From Thermoplasmata archaeon (GTDB lineage Archaea; Thermoplasmatota; Thermoplasmata; Lutacidiplasmatales; UBA184), in the NCBI GenBank assembly GCA_052325545.1, contig JBKQUP010000037.1, positions 240,459 to 304,458 of the forward strand: a stretch of DNA of 64,000 bases. Reading direction: 5' to 3'. Numbering within the stretch: the stretch's first letter is position 1; every line of letters begins with the position of its first letter. Both the position numbers and the translations under genes were made by a program. The notes below the pieces were generated by a model, which saw nothing but the letters and a program-made list of their open reading frames with translations, was not told the DNA's origin and searched no databases. Shown piece after piece: positions 9,057-19,461 of the stretch.

Positions 9057-10547
9057 ATGGCCGAAACGCGCTCCTCACCGCGCTGGATCCTGTTCGTCGT
9101 CATTCTCGGAACCCTGATGGCATCGGTCGACACCACGATCGTGCTCCTGGCGTTTCCGACGATCGCCGGGAACCTGCACGCGAGTCTGTCGACGGTCCTC
9201 TGGACGATCCTGATCTACCTGCTCCTCGTGTCGGTTCTGACCACCCAGGCCGGCCGCATCAGCGACCTGTTCGGGCACGGCCGCCTTTACAACGTGGGGT
9301 TCGTGGTCTTCACCGTCGGCTCGGCGCTCTGTGGCTTCGCACCGACGGCGGAAAGCCTCGTCGCGTTCCGTGGGGTCCAGGCGGTCGGTGGGGCCTTCAT
9401 GGTCGCGACCGGGACGGCCATCCTCGCCGACACCTTTCCCCCGGCGGTCCGGGGCCGGGTCTTTGGCTTCACCGCCATGGGCTGGAACGTCGGGGCCACG
9501 CTCGGCATCGTCCTCGGGGGTGTGCTGACGACCTTCGTCGGCTGGCGCTACATCTTCTTCATCAACGTCCCCATCGGGATCGTCGCGGTGGTCCTTGGCT
9601 ACCGGGTCCTCGGGGTGGGGAACCGCACGAAGGCGCGGCTGGACCTCATCGGGATGCTCCTGCTCGCGGCCGTCCTCGGGCTCATCGTCTACGGGGCGAC
9701 CGACTTCGCCTCCTACGGCGCCTCGACGTGGAACATGAGCCTCATCGCGCTCGGCGCGGTGATGGCCGTGCCGTTCCTCTGGTGGGAACGACGCGCGGTC
9801 AGCCCGACCATCAACCTCCTGCTGTTCCGCTCTCGGCTGCTCTCGCGGTCCCTCGCCGCGTCGTTCCTCCAAAGCCTCGGGTACCTCGCCACCGTCTTCC
9901 TGCTGATCATGTACCTTCAGGGGATCCGGGCGCTCACTCCGCTCGACGCGTCGTTGCTTCTCGTCCCGGGGTACGTTCTCTCCTCAGGGCTCGCGCCAGT
10001 GGCGGGCCGATGGGCCGACCGCTGGGGACCCGCGCGCCTCGCGACGCTCGGGATCGCGTTCATGCTCGTGGGCGTGCTTCTTTACGCCCAGATCGGACTG
10101 ACGACCCCGATCCTGGAAGTGGCGCTCATCTCCCTGGTCACGGGGATCGGCGGCGCGCTGTTCTGGCCCTCGAACAACAAGGCGGTGATGCACGACGTTC
10201 CGCCGGGATACTACGGGTCGGTGTCGGGGCTTCTTCGAACCCTGTCCAACCTGGGGACCATCGGGAGCTACACCCTCGTGATCACCGTTGCCTCGTTGGC
10301 GATCCCCCGAGCCCTGGCGTTCGAGGTGTTCGTGGGTGGCCGAGGCGTGATCGGCTCGGTATCGACCGAGTTCCTCACGGCGATCCACGCGGCGTTCTAT
10401 GTCATGGCCGCGATCCTGGTGGTGGCGGCCGTGCTCTCGGCGACCCGCTTGGGACATGACGGCGCCTCCGGGATGGACGGCCCGTCGCCCGTGGTCTCGG
10501 ACGGCCGACCCGCGACCGACGGGTCGAAGAACCCGAAGCTCCCGTGA
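9057..10547 (+). CDS. MFS transporter, DHA2 (EmrB/QacA-like) drug:H+ antiporter family
   Basis: 14-TM-like profile with FVVILGTLMASVDTTIVLLAFPTI and SDLFGHGRLY motifs. ATG 9057 was chosen inside the 9018 ORF. Confidence 0.8.
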   Translation: MAETRSSPRWILFVVILGTLMASVDTTIVLLAFPTIAGNLHASLSTVLWTILIYLLLVSVLTTQAGRISDLFGHGRLYNVGFVVFTVGSALCGFAPTAESLVAFRGVQAVGGAFMVATGTAILADTFPPAVRGRVFGFTAMGWNVGATLGIVLGGVLTTFVGWRYIFFINVPIGIVAVVLGYRVLGVGNRTKARLDLIGMLLLAAVLGLIVYGATDFASYGASTWNMSLIALGAVMAVPFLWWERRAVSPTINLLLFRSRLLSRSLAASFLQSLGYLATVFLLIMYLQGIRALTPLDASLLLVPGYVLSSGLAPVAGRWADRWGPARLATLGIAFMLVGVLLYAQIGLTTPILEVALISLVTGIGGALFWPSNNKAVMHDVPPGYYGSVSGLLRTLSNLGTIGSYTLVITVASLAIPRALAFEVFVGGRGVIGSVSTEFLTAIHAAFYVMAAILVVAAVLSATRLGHDGASGMDGPSPVVSDGRPATDGSKNPKLP

Positions 10548-10613
10548 ACCTCCGCACGGACGGGGCCCCGGGTTGAGTTGGGCGGGCTCGGGGCGATCCT
10601 TCCCGCCCGACCC

Positions 10614-11348
10614 TTATCGGCGCTTGGTTCCGATGAGCAGCCCGCGATCGGCCATCAGCCCGTCGGACACGAACCGGGACCGGAACCCTGCCGCATCCAT
10701 GAGCTCCAAGAGGCGCGCACGGGAGACCAACAAACCGACGTCGGTGACCTCGGCGTGACGGATGCCTCGGCCCGGTTCCGCGATGAGGTAGTGGTACCGG
10801 ATGACCGAGTGGTTCCCGCGGCGCGAGGAGAAGGCAACGCGGGCCACCTGGACGGTGGGATCGTCGGACGTGCGGACGTGGACCATGGACGACCGGAACT
10901 TCGAAGGGTCGATCCAGGGCTCCACGATTGCGACGCCGCCCGGGTTCAGGTGGCGGGAGAGGTTGACGAACGTGGTCTGAAGGTCGCGCTCCGTCCCCAA
11001 GTGGCCGATAGCGCTGAAGAGACAGCTCACGACGTCGAACCGCTCGTCCAACCGGAACGTGCGCATGTCCGCGAGCACGAGGCGGACCCGGGGCAGGCGA
11101 CGGCGGGCAATTCGAAGCATCTCGCGGCTCGCGTCGACGCCGACGACCGGGTGCTTTTGCCGCAGGAACTCGAGGTGCCGGCCGGTCCCGCACGCCACGT
11201 CCAGCCAGGTCGTCCTCCCCGGTCGGCCGTAACGCCGGGCGATCGCTTCGAGGCGCCGGGCCTCGGCGCGGTAGTCCTTCCACGCGTTCAGGCCGTCGTA
11301 GTACCGGGCGAGGTCCCCGTAGAACTGGGAGGGTTTCGGACCGGTCAT
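10614..11348 (-). CDS. class I SAM-dependent methyltransferase
   Basis: Motif I WLDVACGTGRHLEFL. Start set at ATG 11348 (MTGPKPSQFYGDLARYYD) within the longer 11444 ORF. Confidence 0.8.
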   Translation of the reverse strand: MTGPKPSQFYGDLARYYDGLNAWKDYRAEARRLEAIARRYGRPGRTTWLDVACGTGRHLEFLRQKHPVVGVDASREMLRIARRRLPRVRLVLADMRTFRLDERFDVVSCLFSAIGHLGTERDLQTTFVNLSRHLNPGGVAIVEPWIDPSKFRSSMVHVRTSDDPTVQVARVAFSSRRGNHSVIRYHYLIAEPGRGIRHAEVTDVGLLVSRARLLELMDAAGFRSRFVSDGLMADRGLLIGTKRR

Positions 11349-11376
11349 GGCGACACATCGCTCCGGTCGGGCGCCT

Positions 11377-11796
11377 CTAGGAGAGCTCGCTTCGCTTCGG
11401 GCGCCGGCCGAGGGTGATCCAGATCCCATCCGGGTCGGTGACACTCGCCATCCAGCCCCCGGTCGTGGAGGGGCCGTAGCCGGTAGGCTTGGCCCCGTGC
11501 TTCAGAAGGCGGCGATAGACGCGTTCGAGTTCCTTTCGGGGCACTACCCCGAGCGTGAAGTCGAGATGGTCCACAGCGTCGCCGGTGCGATACGGACCCG
11601 AGAATAGCGACCCCTTGGGGTACCAGTTCAGCTCGACCTTCCGGCGCGAGCGGGGGTCCTCGAGGAGGACCCAGATGCCCCCGCCCCATCTACGGGTGTC
11701 CCCCCGGCGGACCTCCCGGAAACCGAGCGCCTTGGTGTAGAAGCGGAGCGACCGCGGAAGCTGGGTCACTCGCAGCCCGACGTTCTCGAATCGCAT
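11377..11796 (-). CDS. VOC family protein (glyoxalase/bleomycin-resistance fold)
   Basis: 139 aa. The pattern MRFENVGLRVTQLPRSLRFYTKALGF...DHLDF...DPDGIWITL is typical of glyoxalase-I-like proteins. Confidence 0.75.
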   Translation of the reverse strand: MRFENVGLRVTQLPRSLRFYTKALGFREVRRGDTRRWGGGIWVLLEDPRSRRKVELNWYPKGSLFSGPYRTGDAVDHLDFTLGVVPRKELERVYRRLLKHGAKPTGYGPSTTGGWMASVTDPDGIWITLGRRPKRSELS

Positions 11797-11921
11797 GCCG
11801 AAGGGAGGCGAAGGGGAGTCTATACCCCTGACGCCACGGCGTCGGAGCGAAAGGAGCCGCGAAGGAATCGACCGGGCGTCCTCCCCATATACGGACTCCT
11901 AGTGGCCCGCCCCGGACCCGA

Positions 11922-12710
11922 ATGGCGACCGAGGACGTGATCCGGGATTTCGACACGCTCTCGGCGGTCTACGACGAGACGCGCCAGCCGCTCGACCCGG
12001 TCACGGTCCAAAACCTCGAAGAGTACCTCCACGAACACGGTTGGAGCGAGGTCCTCGAGGTCGGTGTCGGAACCGGACGGATCGCGCGGCCGCTCGTCGA
12101 CCGGGGCGTCCGGGTCGTGGGGGTGGACGCCTCCCGGGGGATGCTCGGGCGCGCCGCGGCCAAGGGTCTCCCGTACCTGGTGCGGGGAAACGCCTACCAC
12201 CTCCCGTTCTCGGACGGCTCGTTCGACGTCGCCCTCTTCGTCCATGTCCTGCACATACTGGACCGGCCCGAGCTCGGCCTTCGCGAGGCCGCCCGTGTGG
12301 GCCGGCACGGGGCTCTTGCAATCCTGGACCTGCCCCCCCAGGGGGAACGCCCCGACCGGCCCCTGGAAGAGGAACCGCGGCGGATCGTCCGGGAGATCCT
12401 GGCGGAGGCCGGCTACCCCAACCTCCTTCGCGCGGGTCCCCGCGCGAAAGAACAGGAGCTCCTGCGTACGTACCCGCCGACGGAGCTCCGAGTGCTGAGC
12501 GACCGGGAGGTCTCCGAGCCGCTCGCACGGCGGCTCGACGCGCTCGAGAAGCGAGCGTACCGCCACGTCCTGCGGGTCCCCCCCGACATTCTCGCGCGGG
12601 CCGTCGCTACGGCGCGCGCGCAGGTCGGGACCCGAACCGTCACCTACCGACGAACCGAAGCGGTCGCGTGGTGGACGAGCGTGGCAGGGACCCCGGTCCC
12701 GTCACGGTAA
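11922..12710 (+). CDS. class I SAM-dependent methyltransferase
   Basis: Motif I VLEVGVGTGRIARPL, followed by VVGVDASRGML and FDVALFVHVLH. Confidence 0.8.
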   Translation: MATEDVIRDFDTLSAVYDETRQPLDPVTVQNLEEYLHEHGWSEVLEVGVGTGRIARPLVDRGVRVVGVDASRGMLGRAAAKGLPYLVRGNAYHLPFSDGSFDVALFVHVLHILDRPELGLREAARVGRHGALAILDLPPQGERPDRPLEEEPRRIVREILAEAGYPNLLRAGPRAKEQELLRTYPPTELRVLSDREVSEPLARRLDALEKRAYRHVLRVPPDILARAVATARAQVGTRTVTYRRTEAVAWWTSVAGTPVPSR

Positions 12711-12731
12711 CGCGGCCCGTGCGGCCACGAC

Positions 12732-15416
12732 CTACTTCGTGAACCGGTGGTCCATGACGTACGGAAGGACGCCGCCGGCCCGGTAGTACTCGAGCTCGGT
12801 GGTCGAGTTCAATCGACACGAGACGGTGAACGAACGAACCGTGCCATCGTCCGCCCGGGCGAGGACCTCGACGGGGCTCCCCGGACCGAAGGACGTCCCG
12901 GCAGGAAGACGCAGGGTGAACGATTCCCGACCCGTGAGGCCGAGCTGTTTCCAGCCTTCGCCCGGCCGGAACGCGAGGGGGAGGACCCCCATCTCGATCA
13001 GGTTCGTCCGGTGGATCCGCTCGTAGCTCTCGGCGATGATGGCACCGACCCCGAGCAACCGCGGTCCCTTGGCCGCCCAGTCGCGCGAGCTTCCCTGACC
13101 GTAGCTCTTTCCGGCCAGGACGATCAACGGGGTCTTCTCGGCGCGGTACCGCTCGGACGTCTCGAAAATGGTCGACTCCGCGCCCGACGGGACATGGACC
13201 GTGTACCCCCCTTCCTTTCCGCCGGCGAGCTGGTTCTTCAGCCGCACGTTCGCGAACGTGCCTCGCACCATGACCTCGTGATGCCCTCGTCGGGCGCCGT
13301 ACGTGTTGAACTCTCGTACCGGGACCCCGTGGGCGAGGAGGTACCTCCCCGCGGCGGAATCCTCGGGGATCTCCCCCGCGGGGGAGATGTGGTCGGTCGA
13401 GACCCGGTCGCCCAGGAGGACGAGCGCTCGCGCTCCCTCGGCGAGGACCCCGTCCTTCGGAAGCCACGGCGCGGTAAGGTCGAGATACGGAGCCACCGCA
13501 AGGTAGGTGGAGCCGGGGGACCAGCCGTACTGGGCACCCGTGGGCGGGTCGAGGGATTCCCAGTGGTGGTCTCCCACCTCGATCTGGCGGTACTTCTCCG
13601 CGAACAGGGACGGGTCGAGGCTCGCGTCGACGATCCTCCGCACCTCCTCCGCCGACGGCCACAGGTCGCGCAAGTAGACCGGCGAGCCGTCCGGCCCCCG
13701 TCCGAGAGGGTCGCGGGTGAGGTCGAGGTCGACCCTTCCGGCGAGGGCGTAGGCGACCACGAGCATCGGCGAGGCGAGGTAGTTCGCGCGGACCTCGTTG
13801 TGGACCCGCGCCTCGAAGTTGCGGTTGCCGCTCAGGACGGCCGCGACGAAGAGGTCCTGGTCGCGGACCTGCTGGCTTACGGGCGGGGGGAGCGGACCCG
13901 AGTTGCCGATGCACGTGGTGCAGCCGTACCCCACGACGTCGAAGCCCAGCCGGTTGAGGTACGGGAGGAGACCCGAACGCTCGAGATAGGCCGTCACGAC
14001 CTTCGAGCCGGGCGCGAGGGACGTCTTGACGTGCGGCGGGACCTTGAGGCCGAGCTCGGAGGCTCGCTTCGCGATCAGCCCGGCCCCCACCATCACGCTC
14101 GGGTTCGAGGTGTTCGTGCAGCTCGTGATGGCCGCGATGACCACCGAGCCGTCCTCCACCGGCGGAGCGAGGGAGCCCGACGCGGAGGCCCCGGGTCGGG
14201 GACGGGTCTTCCGGTAGGATTCGAGCGCGGTGCGGAAGGAAGCCGGTGCGTCGCCGAGCGGGACGGCCTCCTCCGGGTTCCTCGGTCCCGAGACCATCGG
14301 GACGATCGACCCGAGGTCGACCGCGAGGAGGTCGTCATAGTCGACCGACCCTGGGGCCGGCGAGCCCCAGAGCCCCTGGGCCCGGGCGTACGCCTCGACC
14401 CGGGCGACGACCTCGGGGCTTCGGCCCGTGCCGCGAAGGTACGCGACGGTGGCTTCGTCGATCGGGAAGAGCGCGGCGGTCGCGCCGTACTCCGGGCACA
14501 TGTTCGAGACGGTCGCACGGTCGGGCACGGAGAGATGGCCGACGCCCGGCCCGAAGAACTCCACGAACTTGTCGACGACCCCCTTCTCTCGGAGACGGCG
14601 GGTGACGGTCAGGACGAGGTCGGTCGCGGTCGCGCCCTCGGGAAGCGACCCCGTGAGCTCCACGCCCACGACCACCGGCGGGGCGAGGAAGTACGGTTCA
14701 CCGAGCATGACGGCCTCGGCCTCGATCCCGCCGACCCCCCAGCTGAGGACCGAGAGCCCGTTCACCATGGTCGTGTGGGAATCGGTCCCGATGACGGTGT
14801 CCGGGAACCCGACCCGGCTCCCGTCCGGCCCGCGGGCGTCGACCACCGTGGAGAGGTGCTCGAGGTTGACCTGGTGGCAGATCCCGTTCCCCGGAGGGAC
14901 GATGCGCACGTTCGTGAACGCGCCCTTGGCCCAGCGGAGGAAGCGGTAGCGCTCTGCGTTGCGTTCGTACTCCCGGTCGAGGTTGATCCCGAGCGAGCGG
15001 GGGGAGCCGAAGCTGTCGACCTGGACCGAGTGGTCGATGACGAGGTCGACCGGGACGACCGGGTTCACGCGGGTCGGGTCGACCCCGCGGCGCACGGCCG
15101 CGCTGCGGAGCGTGGAAAGGTCGACGATCACCGGCACTCCGGTGAAGTCCTGGAGGAGGACACGTTCCGGGAAGTAGGCGAACTCGGTCCCCTCGGCGAC
15201 GGCGTCCCCGTTCGCGAGGGCCACGAGGGCCTTCAGGTCCGTTACGCGGGCGTCAAAGTGACGCAGGACGTTCTCGAGGAGGATCCGGGTCGTTCTCGGG
15301 CGGCGGGCGAACCGGTTCGGGTCGACCCCGGCGAGGCGTTCCGGACGGTAGATCGTAGCGCGCTCGGAGCCCCAGGTCAGCGAGTCGGTCACGCGAAGCG
15401 GGTCGGACGAGCCCAT
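12732..15416 (-). CDS. acnA: aconitate hydratase (AcnA type)
   Basis: 894 aa from ATG 15416 (MGSSDPLRV...). Contains IGTDSHTTMVNGL, the Fe-S ligand region SCTNTSNP and GCTTCIGNSG, and a swivel domain with GKSYGQGSSRDWAAKG. The upstream part of the 1063-aa ORF is an artefact. Confidence 0.92.
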   Translation of the reverse strand: MGSSDPLRVTDSLTWGSERATIYRPERLAGVDPNRFARRPRTTRILLENVLRHFDARVTDLKALVALANGDAVAEGTEFAYFPERVLLQDFTGVPVIVDLSTLRSAAVRRGVDPTRVNPVVPVDLVIDHSVQVDSFGSPRSLGINLDREYERNAERYRFLRWAKGAFTNVRIVPPGNGICHQVNLEHLSTVVDARGPDGSRVGFPDTVIGTDSHTTMVNGLSVLSWGVGGIEAEAVMLGEPYFLAPPVVVGVELTGSLPEGATATDLVLTVTRRLREKGVVDKFVEFFGPGVGHLSVPDRATVSNMCPEYGATAALFPIDEATVAYLRGTGRSPEVVARVEAYARAQGLWGSPAPGSVDYDDLLAVDLGSIVPMVSGPRNPEEAVPLGDAPASFRTALESYRKTRPRPGASASGSLAPPVEDGSVVIAAITSCTNTSNPSVMVGAGLIAKRASELGLKVPPHVKTSLAPGSKVVTAYLERSGLLPYLNRLGFDVVGYGCTTCIGNSGPLPPPVSQQVRDQDLFVAAVLSGNRNFEARVHNEVRANYLASPMLVVAYALAGRVDLDLTRDPLGRGPDGSPVYLRDLWPSAEEVRRIVDASLDPSLFAEKYRQIEVGDHHWESLDPPTGAQYGWSPGSTYLAVAPYLDLTAPWLPKDGVLAEGARALVLLGDRVSTDHISPAGEIPEDSAAGRYLLAHGVPVREFNTYGARRGHHEVMVRGTFANVRLKNQLAGGKEGGYTVHVPSGAESTIFETSERYRAEKTPLIVLAGKSYGQGSSRDWAAKGPRLLGVGAIIAESYERIHRTNLIEMGVLPLAFRPGEGWKQLGLTGRESFTLRLPAGTSFGPGSPVEVLARADDGTVRSFTVSCRLNSTTELEYYRAGGVLPYVMDHRFTK

Positions 15417-15462
15417 GACGGGACAGGCGGCGGGTGCTTTTGGGCTCTTTGGCCGCGTCGGG

Positions 15463-16428
15463 CTAGTCCGGAGCCAGCGCGACCGACCGTTCCCACCCGA
15501 GGCGAAGGTGGGTTCCCGGTGGGGGGACGGCGACGGTCGTCCGGAGCTCGAGCCGTTGCCCGTCGTCGGTACGCAGGACCACCTGGTTCTCCCGACCGAC
15601 GGGGCCTGCGACAAGGACGGTAGCTCCCAGACCGTCGGCGCCGGCCGAAAGGAGTTGCAGGTCGGTCGGCAGGACCCCAACGAGCCCCGCCGGGCCGGTG
15701 AGGACGTTGTACCCCAGGAACCGGGCCGCCCGGACCGTTCCGGGATTGCCGAAGACGTCGGACGGCCGACCGAGGGCGTGAAGCCCTCCATCGAAGAGGA
15801 GGCCGACCCGGTCCCCGAGGAAGAGTCCCTCCTCCCGGTCGTGGGTGACGTGGATCGCGGAGGTGCCGGACGCGCGGAGGACCTGCCGGAACTCCGAGCG
15901 GAGCTCGGCCTTGAGCTCGACATCGATCGAGGCGAACGGTTCGTCCAGGAGGACGAGGCGGGGACGGGCGGCGAGCGTGCGCGCGAGGGCGACGCGCTGG
16001 AGCTCCCCGCCCGAGAGCTGGTCCGGCCGCCGGTCCTCGAACCCGGAGAGGTGGAGGAGGTCGATGAGCCGCGCGACCTCCTCTTTCACCTCGGCGGCCG
16101 GGCGGTGCTTCAGGAACGGGGCGTAGGCGATGTTCTCGTAGACCGACCGGTGGGGGAAGAGTGCCGGGTCCTGGAACATTAGGACGATCCCCCGCTCGTG
16201 GGGGGGACGGCGCGTGACGTCCACGCCGTCCAGGAGGACCGTCCCGCCGGTGGGGCGCTCGAGGCCGGCGAGGCAGCGGAGGAGCGTCGTCTTGCCGCAG
16301 CCGTTCGGTCCGAGGAGGACGAGGAACTCGCCCTCGGGGAGGCCGAACGAGACGTCCCGGAAGACCGGTACGCCGTCCCACGCGGCGGAGAGGTTCCGGA
16401 CCTCGAGGAGCGACCTAGAGCTCGACAC
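15463..16428 (-). CDS. ABC importer ATP-binding protein (FbpC/PotA-like, with C-terminal TOBE-like tail)
   Basis: Walker A GPNGCGKTT, signature LSGGELQRV and Walker B LVLLDEPFASID. Overlaps the permease stop by 14 nt. Confidence 0.88.
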   Translation of the reverse strand: MSSSRSLLEVRNLSAAWDGVPVFRDVSFGLPEGEFLVLLGPNGCGKTTLLRCLAGLERPTGGTVLLDGVDVTRRPPHERGIVLMFQDPALFPHRSVYENIAYAPFLKHRPAAEVKEEVARLIDLLHLSGFEDRRPDQLSGGELQRVALARTLAARPRLVLLDEPFASIDVELKAELRSEFRQVLRASGTSAIHVTHDREEGLFLGDRVGLLFDGGLHALGRPSDVFGNPGTVRAARFLGYNVLTGPAGLVGVLPTDLQLLSAGADGLGATVLVAGPVGRENQVVLRTDDGQRLELRTTVAVPPPGTHLRLGWERSVALAPD

Positions 16429-18043
16429 GATGGCCTCCGACCGCGATCACGGCGAACACCGCCAGGCTGAGCATGAGGAGGAGGCCCGCCGCCGCGTCCG
16501 CGACCGGGAAGAGCCGGACCTCGGAGAGCGCGTACAGCGCTACGGGCAGGGTGGTGAGCTGGGGAGGTACGAGGAAGTTCGTCGCGGTGAACTCGCCCAG
16601 GCCGAAGGCGAAGGAGAACATCCCCACCGTGACGAGCCCGTCCTGGACCCGCGGAAGGTCGGCGTCCAGGAACGCGCCGAACGAGGTGGCCCCGAGCGTT
16701 CGAGCGGTGTCCCGGGCGGCCGCGGAGAGACCCGCGAGCGGTATCTCGAGGCTCTGGAGGGCGAACGGGAGGGCCAGGATCGCCTGGCTCACGATCACGA
16801 GGGTCCAGACGTTCGACCCCGTGCCGACGAACGGCCGCCAGAAGGAGGAGAGCGCGAACGCGAGCACGACCGGCGACAGGAGGAGCGGGACGAACAGGAG
16901 GAGGCCGAGCGCCACGGCCCGGTCCGGTCGGCGCACGACCGCGTAGCCGCTCGCGACGCACAGGAGCAGCGCGAGGAGGGCGGCGACCACGGCGAAGAAG
17001 AGCGTGTTCCCGACCGCCCCGACCGCGGAGACCCCGAGGTGGGCCGTGGTCGAGGAGGAGAACAGCTCCGCCCACGCCGCCCCGGCGCCGTAGCGTCCGG
17101 TCGGAGCCACCGTCCGATAGAGAACGGCGCCGAGGAGCGCCGCCTCCGAGGCGAGCACGAGCGCGGTCTCGAGCGCCAACGCCAGGGTCGATGGGGCTCG
17201 CCAGTCGACCGGGCGGGGCTCGGCGCGCCGACGTCCCGGGTTGGCCCTCAGGCGGCTCACGAGGGCGAGGTACACCGCGGTGGGCAGGAGCAAGAGGAGC
17301 ACCATCGCGAGCGCGAGGACGGCAGCGGCGTTGGGTTCCAGGAACGTCTGGTCGAGCGCGTACACTTGAGCTTCGAGCGTGTAGCAGCGGGAGCTCGCCC
17401 CGCAGAGAAGGAGCGGGGGGGCGAACGAGAGGGCGGAGAAGAGGAACGTCAGAAGTCCGCCGGCGGCCGCGCCGACCCACGTCGGTCGCGCCCAGACCTC
17501 GCGGTACGCCCGGAGCGGAGAACCTCCCAGGGTGGCGACCGTCTCCTCGAGCTCGACCGACGACCCCTCGCATCCGGTCGCAGTGAGGAGGAGGACGATC
17601 GGGACGTTGAAGAAGAGGTTCGCGGCGATGATCGCCGGGATCCCGCTCCCGAACCAAGCGGTGAACGGAACGGCGGTCGAGACGACCCCGGAGGGGCCGA
17701 AGAGGTCGAGCACCCCGAGGACGACCACGAGGCTCGGCAGGAGGAACGGGACGAGGAGGAGGGAGCGGAGGAGCGACCGACCCCGGAACGAGTACCGACC
17801 CACGAACACACCGGCCGGGTATCCCAGGCCTACGGCGAGGGCGGCCGAAAGCGCTCCCTGCTCGAGGGAATTGTCGAGGGAACGGAGGTTTCGCGTCGCC
17901 GAAACGACCGAGACGAACCCGTTCGTCCCGCCCACCTGGAGGAGCGCGTTCCCGAACAGGATGGCCACGGGAAGGAGCGCGAACAGCGCGACGAACGCGA
18001 CCACGGGGACCAGGAACCCGATCCCTTCGCGAGGGCCCTTCAT
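16415..18043 (-). CDS. ABC importer permease, duplicated (two-module) iron(III)/thiamine-type
   Basis: 543 aa from ATG 18043 (MKGPREGIGFLVPVV...), with about 12 TM segments. The size and duplication resemble FbpB/ThiP. Start is 2 nt after the SBP gene stop. Confidence 0.75.
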   Translation of the reverse strand: MKGPREGIGFLVPVVAFVALFALLPVAILFGNALLQVGGTNGFVSVVSATRNLRSLDNSLEQGALSAALAVGLGYPAGVFVGRYSFRGRSLLRSLLLVPFLLPSLVVVLGVLDLFGPSGVVSTAVPFTAWFGSGIPAIIAANLFFNVPIVLLLTATGCEGSSVELEETVATLGGSPLRAYREVWARPTWVGAAAGGLLTFLFSALSFAPPLLLCGASSRCYTLEAQVYALDQTFLEPNAAAVLALAMVLLLLLPTAVYLALVSRLRANPGRRRAEPRPVDWRAPSTLALALETALVLASEAALLGAVLYRTVAPTGRYGAGAAWAELFSSSTTAHLGVSAVGAVGNTLFFAVVAALLALLLCVASGYAVVRRPDRAVALGLLLFVPLLLSPVVLAFALSSFWRPFVGTGSNVWTLVIVSQAILALPFALQSLEIPLAGLSAAARDTARTLGATSFGAFLDADLPRVQDGLVTVGMFSFAFGLGEFTATNFLVPPQLTTLPVALYALSEVRLFPVADAAAGLLLMLSLAVFAVIAVGGHRVEL

Positions 18044-18045
18044 CC

Positions 18046-19233
18046 TCAGCCTCCCGCGAGCGACTGCCACGTGTCGAGCCAGCCCCCGGGCTCCGTGAGG
18101 TTCGTGGCGAGCTCCGACGGGGTCGTCGCGTTGTTCAGCGCGACGACCGTCGCAGGGTCGATCGCCGCGGAGAAGACCCCGGGAAGCGCCACCGTCTCGT
18201 TGGCCGGGTACTCCCACTCGTTCTCGGGCAGGTACGACTGGAAGGTGCCGTTCAGGACCCAATCCTCGAGCGCCCGGGCGAGCGCGACGTGCCGGGAGCC
18301 CTGGACCACGCCCACCCCGTAGATGGTCCGCCAGCCGTACGCCGTCCCGTTCCACCACGAGACGGTCGAGTTCAGGGTTCCCGCCGCCCCGTTCGCGACC
18401 GCATAGGCGGGGTCGGTGGCGTAGCTGACGACGAGCTGGTTCGTCCCCGCGGGAGTATTGAACTCACCGAACGCGGTCGCCCAGTCGGTGGCCGGGTTCG
18501 GGTGGGTCTCCGGGAAGAACTTCTGCCAGAACTCCTGCCAGGGCTGGTGCAACACCGTCTCGTAGTACTCGACCTCCCAGGCGAGGAACTCCTCGCCGGT
18601 GATGTCGTAGACCGGGTTCTCGGTGACGAACTGAGCGGCCCAGCTCGAGTTGTCCACGAACTCCGGCATCGTGGCGTTGGCCACCGCGCCGGCCGTCTGG
18701 TTCCAGAAGCTGGGCGTGTAATCGACCGCGAGGAAGCCGTACTCGTACGGCACGACCCCATGGTCCGGGCTCAGCTCCGCGACGAGCCAGGGCGGAATGG
18801 TCGCGAGGTCGGGGGGAGAGTACGGAGCCAGCAGTCCGAGCGATTCCGCCTCCGGCGCGGTGACCTCGTCGAGGCCCAGCACGAGGTCGGCGGCGGGGAG
18901 GCCGTAGCCCGAGGGGTCTTGAAGGGCGCTCACGAGGTTGCCGGACGGGCAAACGAGGTCGACGTGAACCCCGTGCGCTTGCTCGAACTCCCCGAGAAGC
19001 ATCGATAGGTTCGCCGCGCCCGCGCCACAGTTCCCGTTGAAGAGGGCCGAGTAGGTGTACACGACGAGGGTCGTGCCGCCGGACGCCTGTCCCGACTCGT
19101 AGTACTCGTAGGTTCCGAAGGTCGCCACGACCACGAGCAGGGCGATGGCGACGGCGAGCAATGCCCGCCCGACCCGGCCGGGGCGGCGCATCCGTCGGGG
19201 GGTCGGACCGATAGGGGTCCCGGGGCCTGTCAC
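18046..19233 (-). CDS. ABC transporter substrate-binding protein (Fe3+/thiamine family), N-terminally membrane-anchored
   Basis: Basic N-terminus plus one TM helix ([17 protein letters not shown]), then an extracytoplasmic type-2 binding-protein-like domain. First gene of the SBP-permease-ATPase operon. Carries 10 N-x-S/T sequons. Confidence 0.65.
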   Translation of the reverse strand: MTGPGTPIGPTPRRMRRPGRVGRALLAVAIALLVVVATFGTYEYYESGQASGGTTLVVYTYSALFNGNCGAGAANLSMLLGEFEQAHGVHVDLVCPSGNLVSALQDPSGYGLPAADLVLGLDEVTAPEAESLGLLAPYSPPDLATIPPWLVAELSPDHGVVPYEYGFLAVDYTPSFWNQTAGAVANATMPEFVDNSSWAAQFVTENPVYDITGEEFLAWEVEYYETVLHQPWQEFWQKFFPETHPNPATDWATAFGEFNTPAGTNQLVVSYATDPAYAVANGAAGTLNSTVSWWNGTAYGWRTIYGVGVVQGSRHVALARALEDWVLNGTFQSYLPENEWEYPANETVALPGVFSAAIDPATVVALNNATTPSELATNLTEPGGWLDTWQSLAGG

Positions 19234-19461
19234 GTCCTCCGCGGGCCGGCGGAGAGTTGCCTCAAGTTTCGCATCGCGTTCCCTTCGCGGGCATTATCCC
19301 GTGCAGGTTCGTGGGGTCGACGAGGTTCCCCTCGTCCTCTCAGCCGGTGCCCAGCTCCCCCTGCCGAGCCTCCCGAAGACATGGCTCGGATTAAGATTTC
19401 GGGACGCGAGGAGCCGTCCGTATTATACGCACGTCGGTTCTGGCTCGAACGGAATCAACGT

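Noticed and set aside
12747-15623. 958-aa plus-strand ORF antisense to aconitase
   Set aside because: The opposite strand encodes a full-length aconitase with all Fe-S ligand motifs. The antisense translation is R/G/E/D/P-rich with no motif.
15417-15923. N-terminal 169 codons of the 1063-aa aconitase ORF
   Set aside because: This segment overlaps the 3' part of the ABC ATPase gene and is Ser/Arg/Pro-rich. AcnA homology begins at MGSSDPLRV (ATG 15416), giving a normal 894-aa protein.
16179-18322. ORFs 16214..18322(+) 702 aa and 16179..17657(-) 492 aa
   Set aside because: They are off-frame or antisense to the ABC permease and ATPase genes, highly charged and low-complexity, with no motifs.
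19381-19461. Upstream 27 codons of the PdxS ORF, and the absence of pdxT next to pdxS
   Set aside because: PdxS homology starts at ATG 19462, and a TATTATA box at 19421-19427 fits that start. An unlinked pdxT is common, so the absence was not treated as a finding.
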